Positions 1-11,089 of a stretch of DNA of 64,000 bases are shown here, in pieces (positions within the stretch are counted from its first letter, which is position 1; the number at the start of each line of letters is the position of its first letter). The notes below the pieces were generated by a model. It saw nothing but the letters and a program-made list of their open reading frames with translations. It made no database searches and was not told where the DNA came from. Source of the DNA: Macrostomum lignano (lineage: Eukaryota); the NCBI GenBank assembly GCA_002269645.1, contig NIVC01000406.1:446724-510723 (forward strand). The letters run 5' to 3'. Both the position numbers and the translations under genes were made by a program.

Positions 1-300
1 TAGCTTCTATTATTCATTTCGAACTCTGCAGTCTCACAAAGCTCCCTTAGTTGAGCATTTTTTCAGGCGGAACGGCAGGACTGAGAATGCAAGTCAGGGC
101 GGCCCCTCAGGGACTCGTGCTCCCGCTGAATGGGGGGGTGGCTCAGGTTCAGAATGGCACGGTCGAGGCGAGTGACTGCTAGCCAGACTGCGGCTGAGTC
201 TACTCAAATGTTGATTGAAGAGAGAAAGATGGGGATGTTCAGGACAGCGGGGCGAGTTTCACTCTGCAAAAAAACTTTTTTTCTATCCAGAAATCCCCGA

Positions 301-1078
301 CTCCGTGACAGCCTCGCCAAGTCCCATCTGTTGAGGGCTGTTTTTACACGGGCTCAGGACAGCCTCGCCAAGTCCCATCTGTTGAGGGCTGTTTTTACAC
401 GGGCTCAGGACAGCCTCGCCAAGTCCCATCTGTTGAGGGCTGTTTTTACACGGGCTCCGTGACAGCCTCGCCAAGTCCCATCTGTTGAGGGCTGTTTTTA
501 CACGGGCTCCGTGACAGCCTCGCCAAGTCCCATCTGTTGAGGGCTGTTTTTACACGGGCTCAGGACAGCCTCGCCAAGTCCCATCTGTTGAGGGCTGTTT
601 TTACACGGGCTCAGGACAGCCTCGCCAAGTCCCATCTGTTGAGGGCTGTTTTTACACGGGCTCCGTGACAGCCTCGCCAAGTCCCATCTGTTGAGGGCTG
701 TTTTTACACGGGCTCCGTGACAGCCTCGCCAAGTCCCATCTGTTGAGGGCTGTTTTTACACGGGCTCAGGACAGCCTCGCCAAGTCCCATCTGTTGAGGG
801 CTGTTTTTACACGGGCTCCGTGACAGCCTCGCCAAGTCCCATCTGTTGAGGGCTGTTTTTACACGGGCTCCGTGACAGCCTCGCCAAGTCCCATCTGTTG
901 AGGGCTGTTTTTACACGGGCTCAGGACAGCCTCGCCAAGTCCCATCTGTTGAGGGCTATTTTTACACGGGCTCAGGACAGCCTCGCCAAGTCCCATCTGT
1001 TGAGGGCTGTTTTTACACGGGCTCAGGACAGCCTCGCCAAGTCCCATCTGTTGAGGGCTATTTTTACACGGGCTCAGG
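301..1078. repeat. 51/52-bp minisatellite (GACAGCCTCGCCAAGTCCCATCTGTTGAGGGCTGTTTTTACACGGGCTC[AG|CGT]), ~15 copies
   Basis: Directly visible head-to-tail near-identical units with no spacers; explains the repetitive ORFs at 130-1083. Confidence 0.95.
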
Positions 1079-1424
1079 AATGAGGCGCTGTGTCCCAGCC
1101 TCCCTTCTCCCCGCGCTGTCCCCGCTTCATCATTCCCGTCCCCCTATCATCATGGCTAGGCTGCTTTCACGGCAGTCCTTTGCTCTACTTGTCATTCGCT
1201 CACCGTGTGTGAGCACCGGCGGAGCTGGGAAGCTGGATTTAATGTCACTTTTCATTCTTTTATTCGATAGTGCAGTCTCGTTTCAAAACAGATTGAATGA
1301 AACATTGACCAACAGTTACGGGGTAGCGACGGGCGATGAAGGATGCCTGTACTTATGGTTTCTGTACTCTGGGAACTGGCTTTCATGCTTATCACCCGCT
1401 CATCTCCAGCTGCCCTTCTTCTTT

Positions 1425-2135
1425 GCCCTTTCTCTACCCTTTCTCTACCCTTTCTCTACTCTCTTGTTTACCCTCGTCTCTACCCTTTTCTCTACCCTCT
1501 TGTTTACCCTCGTCTGTACCCTTTTCTCTACCCTCTTGTTTACCCTCGTCTGTACCCTTTTATCTACCCTCCCCTTCTACCCTTTTCTCTACCCTCCCCT
1601 CTACCCTTTTCTCTACCCTCTTGTTTACCCTCGTCTCTACCCTTTTCTCTACCCTCCCCTCTACCCTTTTCTCTACCCTCCCCTCTACCCTTTTCTCTAC
1701 CCTCCCCTCTACCCTTTTCTCTACCCTCTTGTCTACCCTTTTATCTACCCTCCCCCTCTACCCTTTTCTCTACCCTCCCCTCTACCCTTTTCTCTACCCT
1801 CCCCTCTACCCTTTTCTCCACCCTCCCCCTCTACCCTTCTCTCTACCCTCTTGTCTACCCTTTTATCTACCCTCCCCCTCTACCCTCCCCTTTACCCTTT
1901 TCTCTACCCTCCCCCTCTACCCTCCCCCTCTACCCTCCCCCTCTGCCCTCCCCCTCTACCCTCCCCCTCTACCCTCCCCCTCTACCCTTCCCATCTACCC
2001 CTCTCCCTACCCTTCTCTTTACCATCTCCCTCTAACCCCTCTACCCCCTTTCTAGCCCCCCTCTACCCTCTCCCTCTACCCTCTCCCTCTTCCCTTTCCT
2101 CTACCCTTTTCTCTACCTTCCCTTTACCCTCTGTC
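1425..2135. repeat. Pyrimidine-rich low-complexity repeat (CTCTACCCTTTT/CTCTACCCTCCC variants)
   Basis: Visible degenerate tandem units; the P/L/F/S/Y ORFs over it are repeat artefacts. Confidence 0.9.
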
Positions 2136-2544
2136 TCTCTTCTAAGACTTTGAAGTAAAAGTGTGGGCAGACTCACTGGCAGATGAAAAGCAAGAGTAAA
2201 AAAACAGCAACGCTCACGGAAAGCCAATAAAATACGTTTAAAAATGACAAAAAAACAGATTAAAAAATATTGCTAGTAAGTGCTCAGTCAGTGGTTCTGG
2301 CGCGCGACTGATGCAGGACAAAATAAACTTCAAATAAAAATTGTCAACTCAGACCAGAGCCCCCACACAGTTCAACTGAATTATAGGGGAAACAGTGCGC
2401 AATTAAATTATCAGTGCATGCGGGCGCCAACTCTCATTTCCATTATTGCTCCTGATAAGTGTTCTTTAATCGGACAGCCTTTCAGTATTTCAGTAACTAC
2501 GAGTAGCTCTTCATTCCCAGTCCTTTTATTTGTGCCTAACCCTT

Positions 2545-3090
2545 ACCCTAAACCTAGCCCTATCTCTAACCCTAGCCCCACCCCAACCCTAGCCCCCACC
2601 CCAACCCTAGCCCCACCCCAACCCTAGCCCCCAACCCAACCCTAGCCCCCACCCCAACCCTAGCCCCACCCCAACCCTAGCCCCCACCCCAACCCTAGCC
2701 CCCACCCCAACCCTAGCCCCCATCCCAACCCTAGCCCCACCCCAACCCTAGCCCCATCCCAACCCTAGCCCCACTCCAACCCTAGCCCCATCCCAACCTT
2801 AGCCCCACCCCAACCCTAGCCCCACCCCAACCCTAGCCCCATCCCAACCTTAGCCCCACCCCAACCCTAGCCCCACTCCAACCCTAGCTCTACCCCAACC
2901 CTAGCCCCACCCCAACCCTAGCCCCACCCCAACCCTAGCCCCACCCCAACCCTAGCCCCACCCCAATCCTAGCCCCAGCCTTACCCTAGCCCCACCCCAA
3001 CCCTAGCCCCACCCCAACCCTAGCCCCACCCCAACCCTAGCCCCACCCCAACCCTAGTTCCAGCCCAACCCTAGCTCTAACCTTAGCCCT
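2545..3090. repeat. 16-17-bp minisatellite CCCAACCCTAGCCCCA (telomere-variant-like hexamers)
   Basis: About 30 tandem units visible. Confidence 0.9.
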
Positions 3091-3200
3091 AGTAGACACA
3101 ACGTCAAAATTATATTTCGCTCAAGCCCCTCAGCGACTCCGCAGGGCAGGCAGGCAGGCAGGCAGGCAGAAGTTCACAGCTACCAGCCCCAGCCCATCAA

Positions 3201-3650
3201 TCAGTCCTGCTCTTTGATGGAGCCGAGATTCTGCAGCGCGACAAAATCGAAGGACTTTCGCCTGGCCCGATTAGCGTCCGGCGGCAGCGGCATCGTGTCG
3301 ATGGCCAACCGCTGCGCCGGGCTGGCCGGTTGTCGGGCCGACGCACCGCTCGTGTCGCCGCCGATGCCGGAGGCCGCTGCCGCGGCGCTCAGTCGCTCCA
3401 GCCGGCGCCGCAGCTCCTCCGGCTCGGCGTTCTCGTGCACCGCCGGCAGCGAGCGCGAGCGCGAATTGCGCGGCGACGGCGGCGTCAGGCGCTGAATGCA
3501 GCGGCGCGGCTCCACGATGTCCTCGTCGTCGGGCGCAGCGGCGGCGGTGGCGGCGCTTGCTGCACCCGAAGAGGGGCCCGCCGGCGCCTCGCCAGAGTCT
3601 TCGAGCTCAATGCGGATGCCCGGCAGGTTGGGGGCGGCCGGCGGCTCCAT
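3201..3650 (-). CDS. Uncharacterised low-complexity/disordered protein (~149 aa from MEPPAAPNLPG; the exon may start at an acceptor at 3717)
   Basis: GC3-rich ORF within 3201..3716, ATG at 3650 in gccagcATGG context, upstream CAG acceptor; no recognisable domain. Confidence 0.55.
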   Translation of the reverse strand: MEPPAAPNLPGIRIELEDSGEAPAGPSSGAASAATAAAAPDDEDIVEPRRCIQRLTPPSPRNSRSRSLPAVHENAEPEELRRRLERLSAAAAASGIGGDTSGASARQPASPAQRLAIDTMPLPPDANRARRKSFDFVALQNLGSIKEQD

Positions 3651-5775
3651 GCTGGCAGCTCCCAGTCGAGTTGCTGCTGCGAGTTCAGGCGAAGGACGAT
3701 CTGTCAGGCCTGACAACCTGGGAGATTCCTCGGAAGCTGATGGGATTTTGCTATGCGCTACTCCCGCCTCGACTTCGGTAAAGGGATTTCTCTACTTTGC
3801 GGCTCGCCTTTCTATAATCCCTTTCTAGGAAACCTGGCCCTTATTAGTCGCGGGTATCTGTCCCGGGCCCTCTGTTCCTCCCCTTCGTCTTTATGGCTCT
3901 GCTCGGCCTTTGAGCCGGGCTTCCTCCGGGGCTGAAAAGAGAGGGGAAGAGAAGCCGATGGGAGAATGCGGCGGGTCGTTTTGATTCTCCCCTCCGCTCC
4001 CGTTCCCGCCGACTCCCCCCCCCCCTGCATGCGGATCGCCCGCCTGCCTGTGAGCAGTCATTGGGCGCGGGGAGAATTCTTATGATCTGGGAGCTGGGAC
4101 AGCGGCAGCCGCACAATCCGGCACAGAGACCGCCTCTTGCGGCAACCCCTCGTCCCATCAGGAGGAGGCTGCAGCAGCGAGCTGAGCGTCAGATTACACA
4201 TCTCCCGCTGTAGGGCTGGAGAACTCTGAAGTAAACTGCTTTGCAGCTGCTAAATGGGATTTCGAATTTACGGGGATCTGCGATTGTCCGTTCGTCACCT
4301 GTTTCGAAGCTCAATCCTTTAAAAATACCGATCCCTTTCTCCAACGCTCCTCATTCTCTACTCTCTCCACCCCATGTCATTTCTTCACGTCCAGAGGAGC
4401 GCTTTTCTCCGGAGTCATTTCCCCTCTCTTCCCCGCATAGCAGCTCGGCAAAGCAGTGTAGCCACACCCTCCCATAATGCACCGCTTCAAGCACATTCTG
4501 CGGCCATCTGCTCAGCGAATCGCACGCTGGCAGGTAAGGCCGGGTGCTGGTTGCTGCCCGATTCCGCCCCGCCTGCTGCGGCCCAGCCAAATAATGTCAC
4601 TTCTGTTCGCTCTGTCTGCCTCCTGAGGATGATGCGGTGGGACGGCCGCCCGGCAGAGATTAGGGAGAGCTTTGCTGCTGGCTGGGCGGCAGTGTGGCTG
4701 TCACAGGCCGCGGGCTGTTCCGAGCTGTCTGGAGATATACTTTGTCAGCGAGAGGTGGATGGGAACGGTGACAAACAGAAAGGGAGATGGGGAGGGGAGA
4801 GAAGGATCGAGAGAAGGGAGAGATGATGAGGGAAGAAAGGGGAAAAAGAGGGAGTATTCTATGGCGCGTTTACCGTCTCGAATAACCGCGTGTACTCCAA
4901 TTTGTACTTCGAGCTGTGTGAAAAGCAACCATCCAGTTGCCCCACAATGTATTTGCTGACCTCGGGCATGCCAGAATACCGGTACAGTTATGCTGTAGTT
5001 CGCGCAGGGCAGGACGGACTTCATTTAGAAAAATACAGTAAAAAGGAAAGGCAGGCGAAGATGAAGAGCAGTACAGAGCTGGAGCGCAGGAAACGAAGGA
5101 TCAGCGGGCCCGAGAGCAGGTGTTCCAATGAATGAATCTTACAGGGTCGGATTTCTAAGAAAATCGTACTTCGAATTTTTTTCTTCGAAAGCATTTTCTT
5201 GTCCGGATTAGCGATGGAGATCCGGGCTTGTGTAAGCCGAATAAATACATGAAAAATGATCCTTCTCAATTAGTTAATATACTTTTTAATTAGCAGAGGC
5301 CGGTGAGTGCTTCATGAGCTCTGCTTTCATGCGCCCGTTTTGGCCGTGTCTCGTAGCATTTCCTTACTCACCGCGCTGCCCCAACGAGAATAATTTGCAG
5401 CAAACAGAGGCTGCAGGCTGACTGCCTGTCAAATGGCCACAGAAAGGGCCGGGTGGAGGGGACGGGGTGAGAGTGGGGTTCAAGTCGAGAAAAGTTTTGC
5501 AGCGCAGGGACAGTTTGTTCGGCGAAGCTTCTGTCTGTCTCAGCCTCTCGCCTCTGGCAGTGCAAGCGTAGACCAAAGAGAGGGGGGTTTAAAGACTTCT
5601 TGCTCAGCTTAAATATCATCATCTCAGCTCTGCTCAGCTGTCATTGCACTGCATCTTCTGGTTTTACTCACTCTGTAAAAGCAGCCAACAAGGTAAGTCG
5701 TTTGGACTCGATCGTGTCCTTCTTTACGTTTCGAGTAAAAGCCAGCCTGCTCAAAACTTTGCAGCCTCACACCAA

Positions 5776-6336
5776 ATGTCGGCATCGGCAGCCGGTTTCG
5801 CTCCCTTCAACCCGATGCTGGTGGAGTCGGACTTCCAGCTCAGGGCCGCGGTTGACAGCCTCAAGTGGCAGCTGGGCCAGCCGCTGCCGCCGCCGCCGCT
5901 GTCCCTGTCTGACTGCGCCCCGCTGGGCCTGCCGAGGCCGTACTATTGCTATGACGATTACTACTGCTATGGAGACCCGTACTACATGAACCGGCTGGAC
6001 CGCCTGCACTACAGCCAGGGCTACAGGGACGGCCTGGCTGCCTTCGCCCGAGGCGACCGCACCGACAAGGCGACGGCCGCTGACGCTACGCCGAGCCGTC
6101 CAGCGTCCGCTGCTCAGTCGGCGTCGAGCGCCAGTGGCGGCGCCAAAAAGATGTCGGCAGCCGCCGGCTACCCTGGCGACCTCATGGAGTTCCCGTCGGC
6201 CAGCTATCGGCGGCCTGTGGGCCCCGTGCCCGTCTCCAACTGCACCTCCTACGATGACCTGACGGCCGGCTGGCCCTACGGCTGCAAGCCGTTTTACTTC
6301 CGTCGCGCCGATCCGCCAAGCGTTCGCTACTGCTAG
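5776..6336 (+). CDS. Uncharacterised Tyr/Cys/Pro-rich protein (186 aa, MSASAAGFAPFNPMLVESDFQLRAAVDSLKWQ...)
   Basis: Strong GC3 codon bias; 5'UTR intron aag|GTAAGT (5693) ... TTTGCAG| (5764) just upstream of the ATG at 5776. Confidence 0.7.
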   Translation: MSASAAGFAPFNPMLVESDFQLRAAVDSLKWQLGQPLPPPPLSLSDCAPLGLPRPYYCYDDYYCYGDPYYMNRLDRLHYSQGYRDGLAAFARGDRTDKATAADATPSRPASAAQSASSASGGAKKMSAAAGYPGDLMEFPSASYRRPVGPVPVSNCTSYDDLTAGWPYGCKPFYFRRADPPSVRYC

Positions 6337-7077
6337 CTGCTGTTTAAATTTGGACAGGCACATGCTAATTCTGCTACTGCTAAAGAGTAGCGTATCGACG
6401 CGAAATTCTCTAATTCGGCCCGGAGCTGATTTGAGTCGATTTGCATGACTTCCAATCGATAGATATTTCTATTTTTATTTTTCACTCTTTCGCACTCATT
6501 TCTACTGTTAGTAGCGATAATGAAATTCTATATGGTAGATGCGGCTGGATTGGGAAATAATCTATAACGGAACCATACTGTTTTGCATGTACTCAGCTCT
6601 TCTCTATCCGCACGCCTAAAATGTACTCCATTACTGCAGCCAGTGAAATACACATTCATTGAGAGTAGTCTTATACTAAAATGTTTTCTAATTATAAAGC
6701 TGCCAAGGTTTGTATTTTGGGGTTGCTGCTATTCTTGTAAATTGATTACCTCTGTTGTTCAGAGCACAGCTCAACCCAGAGCATAAATCCCCCATGACTG
6801 TCTGACTCTCAATTGGACAGCAAGAGAAAAGAAGGCTGGAATGGAAAAGGAACTCTTGGGGAGCTTCAAGTGTTAGTCATTTAGTTCCGTATTCGTCAAT
6901 TTGTCCTACCAGCAATTAAACATCACTAAACAAGCGAATCTTCCACAATATTAATTATCCAGGACTGTTTCTAGCTGCAAGTAGGTTTAGCAGGCATTGA
7001 AAATTGAGCATTGCAGTTTGTTAGGACTAAAAAATCAAAATAAACCTGACCTCGTAAAGATTATTATTAATTTCTAG

Positions 7078-10000
7078 ATGGCCTCCTCAATGAAAATGGA
7101 CGGCGGAAAGGAGATCGTGGATTTTTTCTGCGAGGTTGGCACATATTTGCGATCGCTGCTGCAAGCTCGAGGAGAGGCATGTATAATTTCTGTTTTTTAC
7201 TTTTGTGTTATTTATTCACAGCTATGGATCGTAATTTTTAATGTACAAAACTGACACCTTTCAGAGGACCTGGTGCAACAGACTTTTGAGAGACGTTCCT
7301 GTAAGTTATGATTAATCCGTGTGCATCATTGTGCAAGAGGGTTTTGAGTACTTTGGTTGGATGCTGTTTTGTACTATTGATTAGATGCTGTTGTGTACTA
7401 TTGATTAGATACTGTTTTGTACTATTGATTAGATGCTGATGTGTACTATTGATTAGATGCTGTTGTGCACTATTGATTAGATGCTGTTGTGCACTATTGA
7501 TTAGATGCTGTTGTGTACTATTGATTAGATGCTGTTGTGTACTATTGATTAGATGCTGTTGTGTACTATTGATTAGATGCTGTTTTGTACTATTGATTAG
7601 ATGCTGTTTTGTACTATTGATTAGATGCTGTTTTGTACTATTGATTAGATGCTGTTGTGTACTATTGATTAGATGCTGTTTTGTACTATTGATTAGATGC
7701 TGTTGTGTACTATTGATTAGATACTGTTGTGTACTATTGATTAGATGCTGTTTTGTACTATTGATTAGATGCTGTTTTGTACTATTGATTAGATGCTGTT
7801 GTGTACTATTGATTAGATACTGTTTTGTACTATTGATTAGATGCTGTTGTGTACTATTGATTAGATGCTGTTTTGTACTATTGATTAGATGCTGTTTTGT
7901 ACTATTGATTAGATGCTGATGTGTACTATTGATTCGATGCTGTTGTGCACTATTGATTAGATGCTGTTGTGCACTATTGATTAGATGCTGTTGTGTACTA
8001 TTGATTAGATGCTGTTGTGTACTATTGATTAGATGCTGTTGTGTACTATTGATTAGATGCTGTTGTGTACTATTGATTAGATGCTGTTTTGTACTATTGA
8101 TTAGATGCTGTCGTGTACTATTGATTAGATGCTGTTGTGTACTATTGATTAGATGCTGTTGTGTACTATTGATTAGATGCTGTTTTGTACTATTGATTAG
8201 ATGCTGATGTGTACTATTGATTCGATGCTGTTGTGCACTATTGATTAGATGCTGTTGTGCACTATTGATTAGATGCTGTTGTGTACTATTGATTAGATGC
8301 TGTTTTGTACTATTGATTAGATGCTGTTTTGTACTATTGATTAGATGCTGATGTGTACTATTGATTAGATGCTGTTGTGCACTATTGATTAGATGCTGTT
8401 GTGCACTATTGATTAGATGCTGTTGTGTACTATTGATTAGATGCTGTTGTGCACTATTGATTAGATGCTGTTGTGCACTATTGATTAGATGCTGTTGTGT
8501 ACTATTGATTAGATGCTGTTGTGTACTATTGATTAGATGCTGTTGTGTACTATTGATTAGATGCTGTTGTGTACTATTGATTAGATGCTGTTGTGTACTA
8601 TTGATTAGATGCTGTTGTGTACTATTGATTAGATGCTGTTTTGTACTATTGATTAGATGCTGTCGTGTACTATTGATTAGATGCTGTTGTGTACTATTGA
8701 TTAGATGCTGTTGTGTACTATTGATTAGATGCTGTTTTGTACTATTGATTAGATGCTGATGTGTACTATTGATTCGATGCTGTTGTGCACTATTGATTAG
8801 ATGCTGTTGTGCACTATTGATTAGATGCTGTTTTGTACTATTGATTAGATGCTGTTGTGTACTATTGATTAGATGCTGTTTTGTACTATTGATTAGATGC
8901 TGTTGTGTACTATTGATTAGATGATGTTAAGCACGATTGATTCGATGCTGTTGTGTACTATTGATTAGATGCTGTTGTGTACTATTGATTAGATGCTGTT
9001 GTGTACTATTGATTAGATGCTGTTGTGTACTATTGATTAGATGCTGTTGTGTACTATTGATTAGATACTGTTGTGTACTATTGATTAGATGCTATTAAGC
9101 ACTATTGATTAGATGCTGTTGTGTACTATTGATTAGATGCTGTTGTGTACTATTGATTAGATACTGTTGTGTACTATTGATTAGATGCTATTAAGCACTA
9201 TTGATTAGATGCTGTTGTGTACTATTGATTAGATGCTGTTGTGTACTATTGGTTAGATGCTGTTGTGTACTATTGATTAGATACTATTTTGTACTATTGA
9301 TTAGATGCTGTTGTGTACTATTGGTTAGATGCTGTTGTGTACTATTGATTCGATGCTGTTGTGCACTATTGATTAGATGCTGTTGTGTACTATTGATTCG
9401 ATGCTGTTGTGCACTATTGATTAGATGCTGTTGTGCACTATTGATTAGATGCTGTTTTGTACTATTGATTAGATGCTGTTGTGTACTATTGATTAGATGC
9501 TGTTTTGTACTATTGATTAGATGCTGTTGTGTACTATTGATTAGATGCTGTTGTCTATTATTGAATAGATTCTGGAGTGTACGATTGATTAGACGTTCTC
9601 AGATTGTGAAAACCAACGCACTTCAGGTTAAACAAGACCTGGAAAATGAGGCGAAAGCCTGCATGGGTTTTTTCTTAGGACCAAACGAGTTGCTTGAAAA
9701 ACTTAGCAAAGAAGGCATAGATGGTGAGTCACTGAACTCGCTACAGAACTGCCTCAGGTGAGTGTGAACGCTAATTTGATGGTATTGATGTCATGTTCGT
9801 AAACGTTAAATAATGGAATGTTCCTTCGTAAATTGTGTAAACTCCTACAGGTTTTTTAGCCACCTGTATAACATCAGCAATGCTTTTAAAACGTCAAAAG
9901 TGTCTCTGTGCATCGTGGAGCTGGTGCTGTGGATGCTGAAGTCGTCTGATGGCAGCCTGACGGACTGGCAAAACGCGCTTCAGGCGAATCTGGATGAATA

Positions 10001-11089
10001 TTTACAAAGTGCGCCAGGTTTACAGCACTTCTACAGAGAGGACAGCCTGTCTGATGAAGAGAAAAAACTTCTGGATGATTTCAAATCTTTTTCGGACAAG
10101 GACGCCAAAAGTCTGTATAACAACCCTTTGTTTTTGAATGCTTACGTCAAAGCAGAGATGCCGAAGAAGATGAGAATATTCCGGGCAACTTTTAGCGAGA
10201 TAATTAGGGAACTGCCGTCCCAAGGTACCGGCGAGTGCTTTCGCTGGGTTGCGGCCCCGGCAGCGACTTGCTGGCTGTGCTGGAGCTGCTGGCTGAGAAC
10301 CGCGGCCAGAGACAAGTGCAGTGCGTTGGCGTTGACCAGCAGTGGTGGCCAAGAGGCGGCTTCTTTGTGCAGCGACCGAACACCCTGCCAAGTGCAGCCG
10401 TTTCGTTTGTTCAAGCGGATATCGAAAGTTTTGTGACATCAACTCGGGAGAAGTTCAACCTGGTATTGCTGAGCTTCGTTGGAGTCGGTCAAATGCCAGA
10501 GTCAATTCTGAAGGAGGGTCTTCAAAGTCTACTGACGGACGATGGGACAGCCTGTGTCGTAGACAAGTATACAGACGACGTTATTCGGCTGACAGAACTG
10601 CCTGCTTTTCAACCCACTGCTGTGTGGCTGTCGAACGACCAAGCTAACGAGAAATACCCGATTATGATTGCACTGTGCATGCGGAAGGATCAGGAAATGG
10701 TAAGTTTACAAAAATATATAGAAGATGAGAGACTTTCGAGTCGTGTAGATCAGCTAAATCGAATGTAAACAATCAGAGACAGTCGAGTTTGCCAAACTGT
10801 GTTTTCAGGTCATGCGGGATGTTCGAGTCTTTTATGTCCTCGAAGATTATATTGACTTGACAGTCAATGACAGCAACATGCCATTGCGGATGCAACTGGA
10901 AGCATTTGTGTCTTTTGCTCAGAGCCTCAAAAGCCAAGAGCAAAGCTTCGAGCAGAAGCTGCAAACAAAATATCCCAGCTACATCTGGAGCAAAAAAGAG
11001 GCAACTGATGAAGGCTGCCTGCATCTTGACTTCCGCTTCGTACAGAAAGACATCAGAATCTTGCTTCTCGGAAAGGTAATCCAAGCAAG
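7078..11089 (+). CDS. Multi-exon protein with a class I SAM-dependent methyltransferase domain (VLSLGCGPGSDL motif I); one -1 frameshift near 10229
   Basis: Phase-consistent exons 7078-7176, 7265-7300, 9603-9757, 9851-10699, 10809-11075/11089; motif I, VGVD (motif II) and FVQADI (motif III) in the 10235 frame; terminal exon uncertain (possibly 11181-11280). Confidence 0.7.
7355..9590. repeat. 24-bp intronic minisatellite TTGATTAGATGCTGTTGTGTACTA, ~90 copies
   Basis: Visible tandem array filling intron 7301-9602; source of the LIRCCCVL ORFs. Confidence 0.97.

Noticed and set aside
301-1078. CRISPR-like array
   Set aside because: Units are contiguous with no unique spacers, there are no cas genes and the context is eukaryotic. 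The same applies to all other arrays in the window.
4890-5135. Small ORF MYSNLYFELCEKQPSSC...
   Set aside because: GTG start, no recognisable domain or convincing splice sites; it may lie in an intron of the minus-strand orphan.
5767-6363. Long antisense/alternate-frame ORFs over real genes (also 14799-15230, 16835-17428, 24691-25238, 34584-35267, 47892-48418, 50459-50934, 53270-53614)
   Set aside because: Expected shadows of GC3-rich coding sequence.
7449-9761. Cys-rich LIRCCCVL ORFs and other long repeat ORFs (1080-2153, 21314-22100, 23426-24154, 32973-34551, 35388-37780, 38708-39652, 42458-43534)
   Set aside because: Translations of stop-free tandem repeats; several lie inside introns defined by phase-consistent flanking exons.
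10208-10235. Programmed -1 ribosomal frameshifting in the methyltransferase (also globin and ZNF474-like)
   Set aside because: No X XXY YYZ slippery heptamer at any of the sites; indel error or decay is simpler.
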